This document shows positions 51,146 to 60,419 of a stretch of 64,000 bases of DNA, piece after piece. Numbering within the stretch: the stretch's first letter is position 1; each line of letters opens with the position of its first letter. Position numbers and translations under genes: made by a program. Source of the stretch: an uncultured Planctomycetales bacterium (GTDB lineage: Bacteria > Omnitrophota > Gorgyraeia > Zapsychrales > CAYRXT01). The DNA is taken from contig CAYRXT010000007.1 in NCBI GenBank assembly GCA_964428315.1, forward strand, positions 5,407 to 69,406, in the 5' to 3' direction. Under the pieces are notes generated by a model. The model made no database searches, had not been told where the DNA came from, and saw nothing but the letters and a program-made list of their open reading frames with translations.

Positions 51146-51901
51146 TTACCGTAACGACAGCCCTCCGTCAACCCGGAGGACCTCACCGTGAATATACTGT
51201 CCCCCTGGCCCCAACAAGAACCGGATACAGGCCGCGACATCCCGAGGCGTACCCAGCCGGCCCAAAGGGATCGTCTCACGCAGGGCCCTTTTCTTTGAAT
51301 CGGATATCACGTCGAGCATGGGGGTGTCGACATATCCGGGGGCGACGGCGTTCACCCTAACTCCATAACCTCCGACCTCCTTGGCCAGGGCCTTGGTGAA
51401 GGCGATAATAGCGCCTTTTGAAGCGCTGTAGTTCGTCTGGCGCGGCAGGCCGGTTATACCTGCCACGGAACTCATATTGATAATAATCCCGCTTTTTTGC
51501 TTCAGAAAGCCCACAATGCACGAGCGGGTGGCATTATATATTCCGTCCAGATTTGTCGCCATCACCTTTCTCCAATCCTCCTGTGTCATTAGCATCAGGG
51601 CCTTGTCCCGAATTATCCCGGCATTATTGATAAGGATATCGATCCTGCCGAATTCCTTAACTACGTTTTTGCACCATTGATTCACCGCGTCAAATTCTGT
51701 TATGTCCACGCCATATCCCCGGCAGCGCCCCCCTGACGCCTTCACCTCTTTTTCCAGGGTACGCGCTTCGCCGGCATGCCTGAAAAAATTGAAAGCCACC
51801 GTGCATCCTTCCTGGGCGATCATCGCGACGATCTCCCGTCCGATACCGCGGGAACCGCCGGTGACGACAGCGACCTTCCCCTCTAACACTTTAGTCCTCA
51901 T
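51146..51901 (-). CDS. fabG: 3-oxoacyl-ACP reductase
   Basis: TGGSRGIG, NNAGIIRD, NYSASK and VAPGYVDT. Confidence 0.88.
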   Translation of the reverse strand: MRTKVLEGKVAVVTGGSRGIGREIVAMIAQEGCTVAFNFFRHAGEARTLEKEVKASGGRCRGYGVDITEFDAVNQWCKNVVKEFGRIDILINNAGIIRDKALMLMTQEDWRKVMATNLDGIYNATRSCIVGFLKQKSGIIINMSSVAGITGLPRQTNYSASKGAIIAFTKALAKEVGGYGVRVNAVAPGYVDTPMLDVISDSKKRALRETIPLGRLGTPRDVAACIRFLLGPGGQYIHGEVLRVDGGLSLR

Positions 51902-53136
51902 GCTTTATACCTCTTGAGCATGATGCACGAATTGGCGCCGTTTGGCCCGAAGGTAATAATCAGGACCGTGTTGACTTTTGCCTTTCGCGATTGATTCGGG
52001 ACGTAATCCAGATCGCAATCCGGGTCCCTCTCCCGATAATTCACTGTCGGCGGTATAAAATCCTTGTTAAGGACGCCGAGACCGGCCGCTGTCATGAATG
52101 ATCCGGTCACGCTAAAACATTCGCCCGTCATGGATTTTACCGCACTCACCGGAATTTTGTAAGCCCTTTGGCCAAAAATCTCCTTAATGGCATCTGTCTC
52201 GATCTTATCGGCAGCCTTGGTCGAGTTGGCGTTAGCACAGATATAATCCACATCACTGGTCATACAGCCCGCGTCTTCAAGGGTGGCGCGTATCGCCTCT
52301 TTGAGCCCCGTCCCACGGGGATTATACTTGTTTATCCGGAATGGATCAAAGGAATATCCGAAGCCGGCGATTTCCCCGAGGACGGAGGCCCGGCGGTGTT
52401 TGGCATGGTCCAGATCCTCCAGGGCCATCAGGCACGCCCCTTCCCCGAACGTGATACCGTTGCGTCTGGCGTCGAACGGGCAGTTGATGAATCCCTGCCC
52501 TTCGATGGAACCGGAAAGAAACTTCAGTATATGAAAACCAAAAAAGGTCTGCTTACACATCTCTTCGACGCCTCCGGCATAAACAACGCTGGCGCGGTCT
52601 ATTTTTATGAAGTCGTAGGCGTAATGGATAGCATCGATGCTGGCGGTAAAGCCCGTGGATATCGTCGTGTTGAATCCCTGAATGTTGTTCCAGATGGAGA
52701 CCTGGCTGGCCGGCGAATTGATGACGGTATTGGGAAAAAGCGCGGGGTTCGTAAAGCGCGGGCCTTCGCGGAGAGTCACCTCGTCAAAGTCGCTGATGCT
52801 TTTGACACTGCCGAGCGTTGTCCCCACGCTCACTCCGACCCCGTTTGTGTTTTCTTCGGTGATGGCGAACCCGCTGTCGGCCACCGCCAGCTTGGAAGCG
52901 GAGACTAACAGCCTTGTGCTGCGGTCCAGGGACCGCAGGCCCTTTTTTCCCATATAAGGCTCGGGATCAAAATCGCTGATTTCCCCTCCTATATCAACGA
53001 GAAATTCATTTGTGTCGAAAAGTGTGAGCTTCCGGTATCCCACCGTTCCCTTTTCCAGGGCATCCCAGAATTCTTCCTTGCCCTTGCCGTTCGGCGCAAG
53101 TATGCCTAACCCCGTGATGACTACACGTCGTGCCAT
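51898..53136 (-). CDS. Ketosynthase-fold protein lacking the catalytic triad (chain-length-factor-like)
   Basis: FabF-like throughout (RRVVITGLG, PFDARRNG, GEGA, KSMTG), but the Cys/His/His positions read Phe/Asn/Glu. Confidence 0.85.
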   Translation of the reverse strand: MARRVVITGLGILAPNGKGKEEFWDALEKGTVGYRKLTLFDTNEFLVDIGGEISDFDPEPYMGKKGLRSLDRSTRLLVSASKLAVADSGFAITEENTNGVGVSVGTTLGSVKSISDFDEVTLREGPRFTNPALFPNTVINSPASQVSIWNNIQGFNTTISTGFTASIDAIHYAYDFIKIDRASVVYAGGVEEMCKQTFFGFHILKFLSGSIEGQGFINCPFDARRNGITFGEGACLMALEDLDHAKHRRASVLGEIAGFGYSFDPFRINKYNPRGTGLKEAIRATLEDAGCMTSDVDYICANANSTKAADKIETDAIKEIFGQRAYKIPVSAVKSMTGECFSVTGSFMTAAGLGVLNKDFIPPTVNYRERDPDCDLDYVPNQSRKAKVNTVLIITFGPNGANSCIMLKRYKA

Positions 53137-53139
53137 TTC

Positions 53140-53754
53140 TTATCTCTTCTTTTTGACATTAAGCAAACCCATCTGCGCCAGACGCAGGATGTGCTTGGCG
53201 ATCAGGTCGGTTTCAATGTTCACCCTGTCGCCCTTTTCCTTGTATCCCAGCGTCGTCACGCTCAGCGTGTGGGGAATGATGTAGACCGAAAATTCCTTCC
53301 GTCCGATATCGCCGACGGTAAGGCTGATGCCATCTACGCTGACGGAGCCTTTTGTAACAAGCTGTACGAGCAAATCCCGCGGTGGTTCAATGCGGTATTC
53401 ACAGTAATGCCTTCGGGTTATCTTCTTACGAATCATGCCGATCCCGTCCACATGGCCCTGGACAAAATGTCCTCCCAGGGGGGCGCCCGCTTTAAGGGCC
53501 CTCTCGAGGTTGACCCGATATCCCTCAGCGCAAAAACCCAGTGTCGTCCTGGCTATGGTTTCTTTCATCAGATCAAAACAAAATGAATCTCTGCTTTTTT
53601 TCGTGACTGTCAAGCATACCCCTTCAACGGCGATGCTGTCACCGGTTTTTGTTCGCTTAAGCGTCTTTTGTGCGGCGATCGTCAAGGTGAGCAGGTTTTT
53701 TTTCCTGACGATGCGGCGCACCACACCCTTCTCTTCAACAATCCCGCTAAACAT
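53140..53754 (-). CDS. ribE: Riboflavin synthase
   Basis: MFSGIVEE, GVCLTV, VNLERA, GGHFVQGHVD and VNIETD. Confidence 0.95.
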   Translation of the reverse strand: MFSGIVEEKGVVRRIVRKKNLLTLTIAAQKTLKRTKTGDSIAVEGVCLTVTKKSRDSFCFDLMKETIARTTLGFCAEGYRVNLERALKAGAPLGGHFVQGHVDGIGMIRKKITRRHYCEYRIEPPRDLLVQLVTKGSVSVDGISLTVGDIGRKEFSVYIIPHTLSVTTLGYKEKGDRVNIETDLIAKHILRLAQMGLLNVKKKR

Positions 53755-54841
53755 ATTGCACATACCCCTCGATAAGGATATCCTCTGCGATCCGCCAGAA
53801 GTCCATGTCCCGCAGGAGGATCGTCTTGTTCACGTCTCCGGTCTTCAAGCCGATGATGGAACTCAAGGCCTTCTCGTCCCCCAGTATCTTCGGGGCGATA
53901 AAAATCATGGCCTTATCCGCGAGTTTTTCTCTGAAGAATTCTCCGATCACATGCGCGCCGCCTTCCACCAGAAGGCTTGTCACCTCTTTTTGGCCCAAAA
54001 GCTCCACTAGGCGAGACAATTGCAGGCGGCCGTTTTTAAGCGGACAGACTATCACATTATACCCTTTTTTCCTGAACCGTTCGACCTTTATGCGCGAAGC
54101 CCTGGAGGACACCGCCAGGATAACGTCCTGCGGCCGGCTTTTGTTCATAACCCTGGCACGGGCAGAAATGCGCAGGGCGCTGTCCAGGATAATTTTCTTA
54201 ATCCGTTTGGTCTTGTCCAAGGCATTCAGAAGAGGATCATCCTTCAAAATCGTCCTGATCCCGACAAGAATACCGTCGAAATCATTACGCAGGAATCGGG
54301 CATATGCGCGGGTCTTGGCCGAGGTAATCCACTTGGAGTTCCCGCCGGAGGTCGCAATCTTTCCGTCCAGCGTCTGGGCCGATTTGACAACGACAAACGG
54401 CTGTCCGCTTCGGATATATTTTATAAAAACTTCGTTAAGCCTTTTCAGCTCCTCTTCAAGCAGACCAGATTTAACGCGGATACCCGCCCGCGCAAGTTTT
54501 TTCAGAGAACGTCCGTTATTCAGCGGATTGGGGTCCTTCATCCCCACAACGACTTCCCGGATACCGGACTGGATGATCCGATCCGCACACGGAGGGGTAC
54601 GGCCGTAGTGGGAGCACGGTTCAAGGGTGACGTACATCTTGGCTCCGCGGGCCCGTGCACCGGCCTTCTTTAAGGCCATGACCTCGGCATGATCCTCTCC
54701 GCAGCGGCGATGATAGCCTCCAGCGATAATCCTCCCACCCTTCACGATCAAAGCCCCCACCATGGGGTTCGGAGAAGTCCTGCCCCTCCCCTTAAGGGCC
54801 AGATCCATGGCAAGCCGCATATAATCGGAGTCTTTCTTCAT
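53747..54841 (-). CDS. ribD: Bifunctional pyrimidine deaminase/reductase
   Basis: PNPMVG, HAE, TLEPCSHYGRTPPC, TLDGKIA and LLVEGG. Confidence 0.97.
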   Translation of the reverse strand: MKKDSDYMRLAMDLALKGRGRTSPNPMVGALIVKGGRIIAGGYHRRCGEDHAEVMALKKAGARARGAKMYVTLEPCSHYGRTPPCADRIIQSGIREVVVGMKDPNPLNNGRSLKKLARAGIRVKSGLLEEELKRLNEVFIKYIRSGQPFVVVKSAQTLDGKIATSGGNSKWITSAKTRAYARFLRNDFDGILVGIRTILKDDPLLNALDKTKRIKKIILDSALRISARARVMNKSRPQDVILAVSSRASRIKVERFRKKGYNVIVCPLKNGRLQLSRLVELLGQKEVTSLLVEGGAHVIGEFFREKLADKAMIFIAPKILGDEKALSSIIGLKTGDVNKTILLRDMDFWRIAEDILIEGYVQYV

Positions 54842-55668
54842 CGCCGTTGGTCCAGACGTTCTTTCATTTTTTCTATCAATTCGTAGGGGATCTTCGCCTT
54901 GCCGATAAATGTGTTTCTCTTATACTCCCCGTGGGCATCCGATCCCCCCGTCATTAAGAGTCCGTAACGCCCGGCCAAATCCCGATAAAATTCTGTGACA
55001 GGCCTGGCGACATTCGGGTAGAAAACCTCGATCCCTTCAAGTCCTGAATCCACCAGAGAAGGTATCATATCATCTCTCCGCGTAACCATAGGATGCGCCA
55101 TAACGGCAATCCCACCGCCGGAGCGAATCATGGCTATGGCTTCAAAGGGTGTCTGCATGGGATAACAGACATAAGCCGGGCCGTCATCTCCTATGTACCG
55201 GTCAAAGGCCTCCTTGACCGTCGCACATTTTCCCTTTTTCACCAAGACCCGGGCCAGATGCGGCCGGCCCACATTACGGCTTCTGACTTCCTTCAAAACC
55301 TCATTTACCGTCAATTCGGTGATCCCATTCTCCCTAAGACGGTCAATCATGCGCGCCATGCGATGGATCCTCTTTTCCCGGATCACGGACAGGCCTTTCT
55401 GAAACGCCGGATCAGCGACATCCAAAAAATAACCAAGGATATGGATATCTCTTCCATCCCATGAGGACGACAATTCGATGCCGGGAATGACTTCCAGATG
55501 ATAATCTTCGGCCAGGGGGAGGGCCTCCAACACGCCATCAACGGTGTCGTGATCGCAGATGCTGAGACATGTCAGTCCGGCCCGGCTGCCGCCTTCCAGG
55601 ACATCCCGCGGAGACAATGATCCGTCGGAAAAAAAGGTGTGAATATGCAGATCGGCAAAATGTGTCAC
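54838..55668 (-). CDS. PHP domain phosphoesterase
   Basis: DLHIHT..SDG, DHDT, HILGY, AHP and GGSDAHG. Confidence 0.92.
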   Translation of the reverse strand: MTHFADLHIHTFFSDGSLSPRDVLEGGSRAGLTCLSICDHDTVDGVLEALPLAEDYHLEVIPGIELSSSWDGRDIHILGYFLDVADPAFQKGLSVIREKRIHRMARMIDRLRENGITELTVNEVLKEVRSRNVGRPHLARVLVKKGKCATVKEAFDRYIGDDGPAYVCYPMQTPFEAIAMIRSGGGIAVMAHPMVTRRDDMIPSLVDSGLEGIEVFYPNVARPVTEFYRDLAGRYGLLMTGGSDAHGEYKRNTFIGKAKIPYELIEKMKERLDQRR

Positions 55669-55679
55669 GGCGTATGACG

Positions 55680-56093
55680 CTAGGATATAATCTCCGACTT
55701 ATGGATCTTGTCCAGGACGCCGTTGATGAATTTTCCTGAATCAATATCCCCATATTTCTTTGCCATCTCAACGGCCTCATTGATAGTGACCTTGGGGGGG
55801 ATATCGGGCATATATTTCAGTTCGCAGACGCCCAACCGGAGGATATTCCGATCCACGACCGCCATGCGGTTCAACTCCCAGTTGGCCGCATAGCGGCTTA
55901 TGCATTGGTCCAGATCGGTAAAGTTCTTCTCAACCATCGAGGTCAGCCTCATGCAGAATGCCCTGACCTCGGGTTTCTCGTCTGCCTCAACCGACAGGAA
56001 TTCGGACGCGGCCTCCAGAATGCCTTGACGCGTTATTTCAGCCTGATAAAGAATCTTTAGAACCCATTCCCGGGCTAATGTCCTCTTACGCAT
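55680..56093 (-). CDS. nusB: Transcription antitermination factor NusB
   Basis: [24 protein letters not shown] and FINGVLD. Confidence 0.96.
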   Translation of the reverse strand: MRKRTLAREWVLKILYQAEITRQGILEAASEFLSVEADEKPEVRAFCMRLTSMVEKNFTDLDQCISRYAANWELNRMAVVDRNILRLGVCELKYMPDIPPKVTINEAVEMAKKYGDIDSGKFINGVLDKIHKSEIIS

Positions 56094-56102
56094 AGCAAAT
56101 GT

Positions 56103-56567
56103 TCACATGCTCCTCATAAGATTGACCATGGATACAGCCGCCGAGGCCGCTTCCTGTCCTTTATTATTGCCGTCCTCACGTGAACGCTCATAAGCCTGAT
56201 TTACCGTATCCGCCGTCAACACGCCCAAGATGACCGGTTTCCCCGTCATCAGACCCGCCCGCACAATGCCCTGGGCCATGCCGTTTGACACGATCTCAAA
56301 ATGATAGGTCTCCCCGCGAATGACCGCTCCCAGGCAAATGACAGCGCCTATGTTCCTTTTCTTGGCCAGCTTGAGAGCGCAGACCGGGATCTCGAACGCG
56401 CCGGGGACCCAGACTACGTTGATGTCTTTTTCCTTGACCCCGCGTCGCCTCAATTCGCGCAAACATCCCTCCAGTAATCGCTGCGTGATAAATTCGTTGA
56501 AGCGCGATGCGACGACGGCGAATCTTCCGCCCTGGTTCTTTGGTTTCCGCGAAGTTACCGCCGCCAT
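56103..56567 (-). CDS. ribH: 6,7-dimethyl-8-ribityllumazine synthase
   Basis: SRFNEFIT, VPGAFEIP, LGAVIRGET and NKG. Confidence 0.96.
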   Translation of the reverse strand: MAAVTSRKPKNQGGRFAVVASRFNEFITQRLLEGCLRELRRRGVKEKDINVVWVPGAFEIPVCALKLAKKRNIGAVICLGAVIRGETYHFEIVSNGMAQGIVRAGLMTGKPVILGVLTADTVNQAYERSREDGNNKGQEAASAAVSMVNLMRSM

Positions 56568-56582
56568 GGTCGTCCTTCCAAA

Positions 56583-57782
56583 TCAGAAAAGGTGCCCAAG
56601 TTTGTTTTTTTTCGTGCGCAGGTATTGTTCATTGGTGGGTTTATGGGGGACCTTAAGGGAAACCCGCTCAACGACCGAGAGACCGTACCCTTCAAGGCCG
56701 ACGATCTTGCGCGGATTATTCGTCAAGAGACGAATCTGCTTAACGCCGAGATCAACCAGAATCTGGGCGCCGATTCCGTAGTCGCGCAGATCCGCAGGGA
56801 ATCCCAACGCCTCGTTGGCCTCCACGGTATCCATACCGCTGTCCTGCAAATGATAGGCCTTAATCTTGTTCAGCAGACCTATGCCCCGGCCTTCCTGGCG
56901 CATGTACAACAGGATCCCCGATCCGTTCATTTGTATGACCTTCAAGGAGGCCTCCAGCTGTTCCCCGCAGTCGCAACGATACGATTTGAAGACGTCCCCC
57001 GTCAGACATTCCGACTGGACACGGACCAGCTCGGGCACCGTTCCGTCCACTTTGCCCAGGACCAAAGCGATATGACAGATGCCGTCGACCATAGACTCAT
57101 ATCCGATCATCCGGAATTTACCCCAAGGCGTAGGCAAAACGGTTTCGACGACCCGTTTGATGAGCTTCTCATATTTCCGCCGATATTCGATAAGGCTGTC
57201 TATCGTACATATCTTGATCCCGTGTTTTCTGGCAAAATCAACAAGCTCCTGCGTTCTGGCCATGGTCCCGTTCTCATTCATAATCTCGCAGATTACGCCG
57301 GCGGGATACAAGCCCGCGATACGCATAAGATCGACGGAGGCCTCCGTGTGACCGGCTCTGACGAGAACCCCACCTTTTCTCGCCCGTAGAGGAAAAAGGT
57401 GACCCGGGGTCACCAGATCGCTCGGATTGGATTTCGGGTCGATCAAGACCTCCACCGTCTTGGCGCGGTCAAAGGCCGATATGCCCGTCGTTACGCCAAA
57501 TTTGGCATCCACCGACATGGCCCATGCCGTCGAACAATGATCGTGTTTTGTCGAATAATCGTCCCGCATAGGAAAAAGATGCAGCTGATCCAACCGCTCA
57601 CCTTCCATCGGAACGCAGATAAGACCTCTCGCCTCCCTGGCCATGAAATTAATGATGTCCGGCGTAATAAATTGAGCGGCCACCAGGATATCACCTTCAT
57701 TCTCACGGCCCTCATCATCCATCACGATGACCATTTTCCCGTTTTTGAGATCTTCGACAATTTCTGTTATGGAATTGAACAT
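56583..57782 (-). CDS. ribBA: Bifunctional DHBP synthase / GTP cyclohydrolase II
   Basis: RENEGD, RAGHTEA, SECLTGD...CDCG and QEGRGIG. Start ATG 57782 after AGGAGAGG. Confidence 0.97.
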   Translation of the reverse strand: MFNSITEIVEDLKNGKMVIVMDDEGRENEGDILVAAQFITPDIINFMAREARGLICVPMEGERLDQLHLFPMRDDYSTKHDHCSTAWAMSVDAKFGVTTGISAFDRAKTVEVLIDPKSNPSDLVTPGHLFPLRARKGGVLVRAGHTEASVDLMRIAGLYPAGVICEIMNENGTMARTQELVDFARKHGIKICTIDSLIEYRRKYEKLIKRVVETVLPTPWGKFRMIGYESMVDGICHIALVLGKVDGTVPELVRVQSECLTGDVFKSYRCDCGEQLEASLKVIQMNGSGILLYMRQEGRGIGLLNKIKAYHLQDSGMDTVEANEALGFPADLRDYGIGAQILVDLGVKQIRLLTNNPRKIVGLEGYGLSVVERVSLKVPHKPTNEQYLRTKKNKLGHLF

Positions 57783-57812
57783 ATGCGCACCTCTCCTTTT
57801 TTTCCAAAGGAA

Positions 57813-57841
57813 CAAAAAATCCCCGAATCATTCTCTCGGGG
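57813..57841 (-). terminator. Riboswitch expression-platform terminator
   Basis: CCCCGA-N9-TCGGGG followed by ATTTTTT; CCCCGA can alternatively pair with the aptamer 5' TCGGGG. Confidence 0.75.
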
Positions 57842-57862
57842 CCTGAACGCAGTCTTTACGTT

Positions 57863-58088
57863 AACTTTCTCCCCTCTAGGCTTTGGTTCCGCTCATCGCG
57901 GCCCCCCCTGCATAATAACAGGACTATTGGCTCAAGATTCCCTCATCCTCAAGGGTGAGGCCACTTGATCTGCTAACCTTAAGAACATTATCGCCGAATG
58001 CCCGCTGTTGTCCTTAAGTGCTCGTAGGCTTCCCCCGCAAACAGCGGAGATCACTACCAGCTGGGAATTTCACCCGACCCCGAAAGTT
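57863..58088 (-). ncRNA. FMN riboswitch (RFN element), enlarged
   Basis: CTTTCGGGGTCGGGTGAAATTCCC 5' signature, GGGAGAAAG 3' signature, P1 AACTTTC/GAAAGTT; directly upstream of ribBA. Confidence 0.92.
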
Positions 58089-58094
58089 TTTTGT

Positions 58095-58123
58095 AATATA
58101 TTCTAAATAACCAGACCTGTCAA
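58095..58123 (-). promoter_or_regulatory. rib operon promoter TTGACA-N17-TATATT
   Basis: Would start transcription right at the aptamer 5' end. Confidence 0.75.
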
Positions 58124-58175
58124 GTTTTTTCGGATTGAAAAATATTGAAATCAAAGGGCTTATCCCACTCATCAC

Positions 58176-58204
58176 TTGCCAAACTGTTTTATTCTCTTTA
58201 TAAT
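58176..58204 (+). promoter_or_regulatory. Divergent promoter TTGCCA-N17-TATAAT
   Basis: Upstream of the cinA-like gene. Confidence 0.7.
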
Positions 58205-58239
58205 ATACGTCCATCGGAACCATTGAAGGCCTTTCTGCA

Positions 58240-58707
58240 ATGTCGCTTGAACGTATTATCGCCAAAACATTAAAAGACCTCCATTTGACCCTGGCAGTCG
58301 CCGAATCCTGTTCCGGAGGCCTCCTCGCCCATCGAATCACGAACATCCCGGGAAGTTCTATCTACATGAAAGGCGGGATCATTGCTTACGCTGACGAGAT
58401 CAAGATCCGACAGCTGGGTATCCCGAAGAAGACAATCAGGGAAAAAGGCGCTGTCAGCGGGATCGTGGCCCGTCTCATGGCCTCGCAGGTAAGAAAAATA
58501 TTCAAAGCGGATATTGGTGTCGGCATTACAGGTATTGCCGGACCGGGCGGCGGAAGTGCTCAAAAGCCCGCGGGCCTCACTTTCATTGCCATCGACTCAG
58601 CTCAAAGCAATAAGTGCTGGCGCACCGTTTTCTCGGGCAACCGTCTTGCCGTTAAAACGAAAGCCTGCTCAAAGGCGCTGGACCTCCTCAACAACATCCT
58701 GACATGA
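58240..58707 (+). CDS. pncC: CinA C-terminal domain protein (PncC, NMN deamidase)
   Basis: AVAESCSGG, GAVS, ITGIAGPGGG and KPAG. Confidence 0.9.
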   Translation: MSLERIIAKTLKDLHLTLAVAESCSGGLLAHRITNIPGSSIYMKGGIIAYADEIKIRQLGIPKKTIREKGAVSGIVARLMASQVRKIFKADIGVGITGIAGPGGGSAQKPAGLTFIAIDSAQSNKCWRTVFSGNRLAVKTKACSKALDLLNNILT

Positions 58708-59285
58708 TAGAAACTATACGCGCCTTTTTGGCACTGGAAATCACCGAGGAACTGCGAAAAGAAATCGGTCTGATTCAGGACCTTTTGAAAAAGACGGGGG
58801 CTGACGTGAAATGGGTTTTACCCAAAAACCTGCATCTGACACTGAAATTTCTCGGGGAAACTCCTCTGGATACTATCGAAGACATAACCTCCGGTCTGAA
58901 AAAGACGACCCGGGAAATCTCTTCTTTCACACTAAGTGTCGAGGAACTTGGGGCCTTCCCCGCCATCGGAAATCCACGGATTATCTGGATCGGGATCAAG
59001 GAGGGAAAGGATCAAACCATCGAACTGGCTGCCCGTCTGGAAGACGTCCTGGGCGGATTGGGTTTTGAAAAAGACAAGAGGCCGTTCAGTCATCATTTGA
59101 CCCTCGGCAGGAAAAAAAGCGGTCTCAATACGTATCATCTCGTAAAACAGCTGAAGACTTACCGGCCTTCTAAAAAAATGCTTCAGGAGGTCACGGCGCT
59201 TCATTTCATCAAAAGCACCCTGACACCTCAAGGGCCGGTATATGAAACGATCGACCGGTTTCCTTTTGCGAGAAAACCGAGGTAG
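58704..59285 (+). CDS. thpR: RNA 2',3'-cyclic phosphodiesterase
   Basis: RAFLA, two HxT motifs (HLTLKFLG, HLTLGR) and STLTPQGPVY. Confidence 0.94.
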   Translation: MIETIRAFLALEITEELRKEIGLIQDLLKKTGADVKWVLPKNLHLTLKFLGETPLDTIEDITSGLKKTTREISSFTLSVEELGAFPAIGNPRIIWIGIKEGKDQTIELAARLEDVLGGLGFEKDKRPFSHHLTLGRKKSGLNTYHLVKQLKTYRPSKKMLQEVTALHFIKSTLTPQGPVYETIDRFPFARKPR

Positions 59286-59287
59286 TA

Positions 59288-59479
59288 TTACTTAGGGAGG
59301 ACTTTCTTGATTTTGTATTTCAGATCGCGGAAGTATTGTTCAACGTTCTTCCAGTTCCAGCGGTATTCTTCTTTCTCCACGCCGAGTACGCGGTCATAAA
59401 CCGCCACTTTCTCCACGACTTGACTCTGCTGACCAATCAGCAGGACAAAGAATATAAGAACAAGAATGATCCGTTTCAA
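59288..59479 (-). CDS. Small hypothetical membrane or exported protein (63 aa)
   Basis: MKRIILVLIFFVLLIG signal/TM segment; fills the gap and stops next to thpR; TTG start with no clear RBS. Confidence 0.55.
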   Translation of the reverse strand: MKRIILVLIFFVLLIGQQSQVVEKVAVYDRVLGVEKEEYRWNWKNVEQYFRDLKYKIKKVLPK

Positions 59480-59525
59480 TGTAATATTTGTATTAAAATG
59501 TTATTAATAATTATCATAAATATCA

Positions 59526-59585
59526 TTAAGTAAATTTATGTAATTTTAGGTAAGTTTGAGTAATTTTAAGTATCTTTGATTAAAT
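59526..59585. repeat. Six imperfect 10-bp tandem repeats, AT-rich
   Basis: TTAAGTAAAT TTATGTAATT TTAGGTAAGT TTGAGTAATT TTAAGTATCT TTGATTAAAT. Confidence 0.75.
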
Positions 59586-59608
59586 GTGCCTGGTCTGATT
59601 CATCATGT

Positions 59609-60391
59609 CTATCGCCGGTTGCCCATAATCTTTGCCAGAAGACGCAGGATCTCCAGGTACAACCATACCAGCGTGACCAGCAGAGCAAAGGCACCGTACC
59701 ACTCCATAAATTTGGGCGCGCCCATCTCTTCACCGTTCTCGATGAAATCAAAATCCATGACCAAATTCAGCGCGGCTATAATCACCACGAAGACGCTGAA
59801 ACCGATACCAATGGGCCCTGATTCATGGATGAAAGGCACGCGCACGCCGAACAAACCTAAAATGATCGTCACCACATAGATCAAAGCGATGCCGCCGGTT
59901 GCCGCAAAGACACCAAGTTTAAAATTCTCGGTTACTTTGATCAGACCGGATTTATAGGCCAAAAGCAGACTGAACAGTGTCCCGAACGTCAGGGCCACCG
60001 CCTGGATAACGATCCCCGGATACTGGAGTTCCATTGCCGCTGAAACTCCGCCGAGAAAGGCGCCCTCACATAACGCGTAAATCGGCGAGGTGACAGGAGA
60101 CCAATCGACCTTGAAGGCCGTGATGATGGCGATGACAAACCCCACGATCGCCCCTAAAGTGGCTATCCCCATCATGCGCGACTGAACTTGTGAAACGGCA
60201 GCAGCGGATTCCCAGGACGCCGGGACGCTCTGAAAAAACTGGGTCCAAACCCAGGAGGCCGAAATGAGCAACAAGAACATCAGGATCATACTTTTATTGA
60301 CCGTGCCCTGAATAGTCATTGTTCCCGCGCCTGTTGCCATGGATTTCTGAAAAACCGCCGACCTTAATGTCGGATTGGCCGAACGCATCAT
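59609..60391 (-). CDS. Bax inhibitor-1/YccA family membrane protein
   Basis: SANP, MTIQGTVNKS, seven TM segments, DFDFIE and TLVWLYLEILRLL. Confidence 0.9.
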   Translation of the reverse strand: MMRSANPTLRSAVFQKSMATGAGTMTIQGTVNKSMILMFLLLISASWVWTQFFQSVPASWESAAAVSQVQSRMMGIATLGAIVGFVIAIITAFKVDWSPVTSPIYALCEGAFLGGVSAAMELQYPGIVIQAVALTFGTLFSLLLAYKSGLIKVTENFKLGVFAATGGIALIYVVTIILGLFGVRVPFIHESGPIGIGFSVFVVIIAALNLVMDFDFIENGEEMGAPKFMEWYGAFALLVTLVWLYLEILRLLAKIMGNRR

Positions 60392-60419
60392 TGTCTTATC
60401 CTCCCTTTGTCTTAATTTC

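Noticed and set aside
59509-59536. dif-like site AATTATCATAA-ATATCA-TTAAGTAAATT
   Set aside because: The right arm deviates in the conserved TTATG core and is better explained as the first unit of the 10-bp array; a whole-genome GC-skew analysis would be needed to reconsider it.
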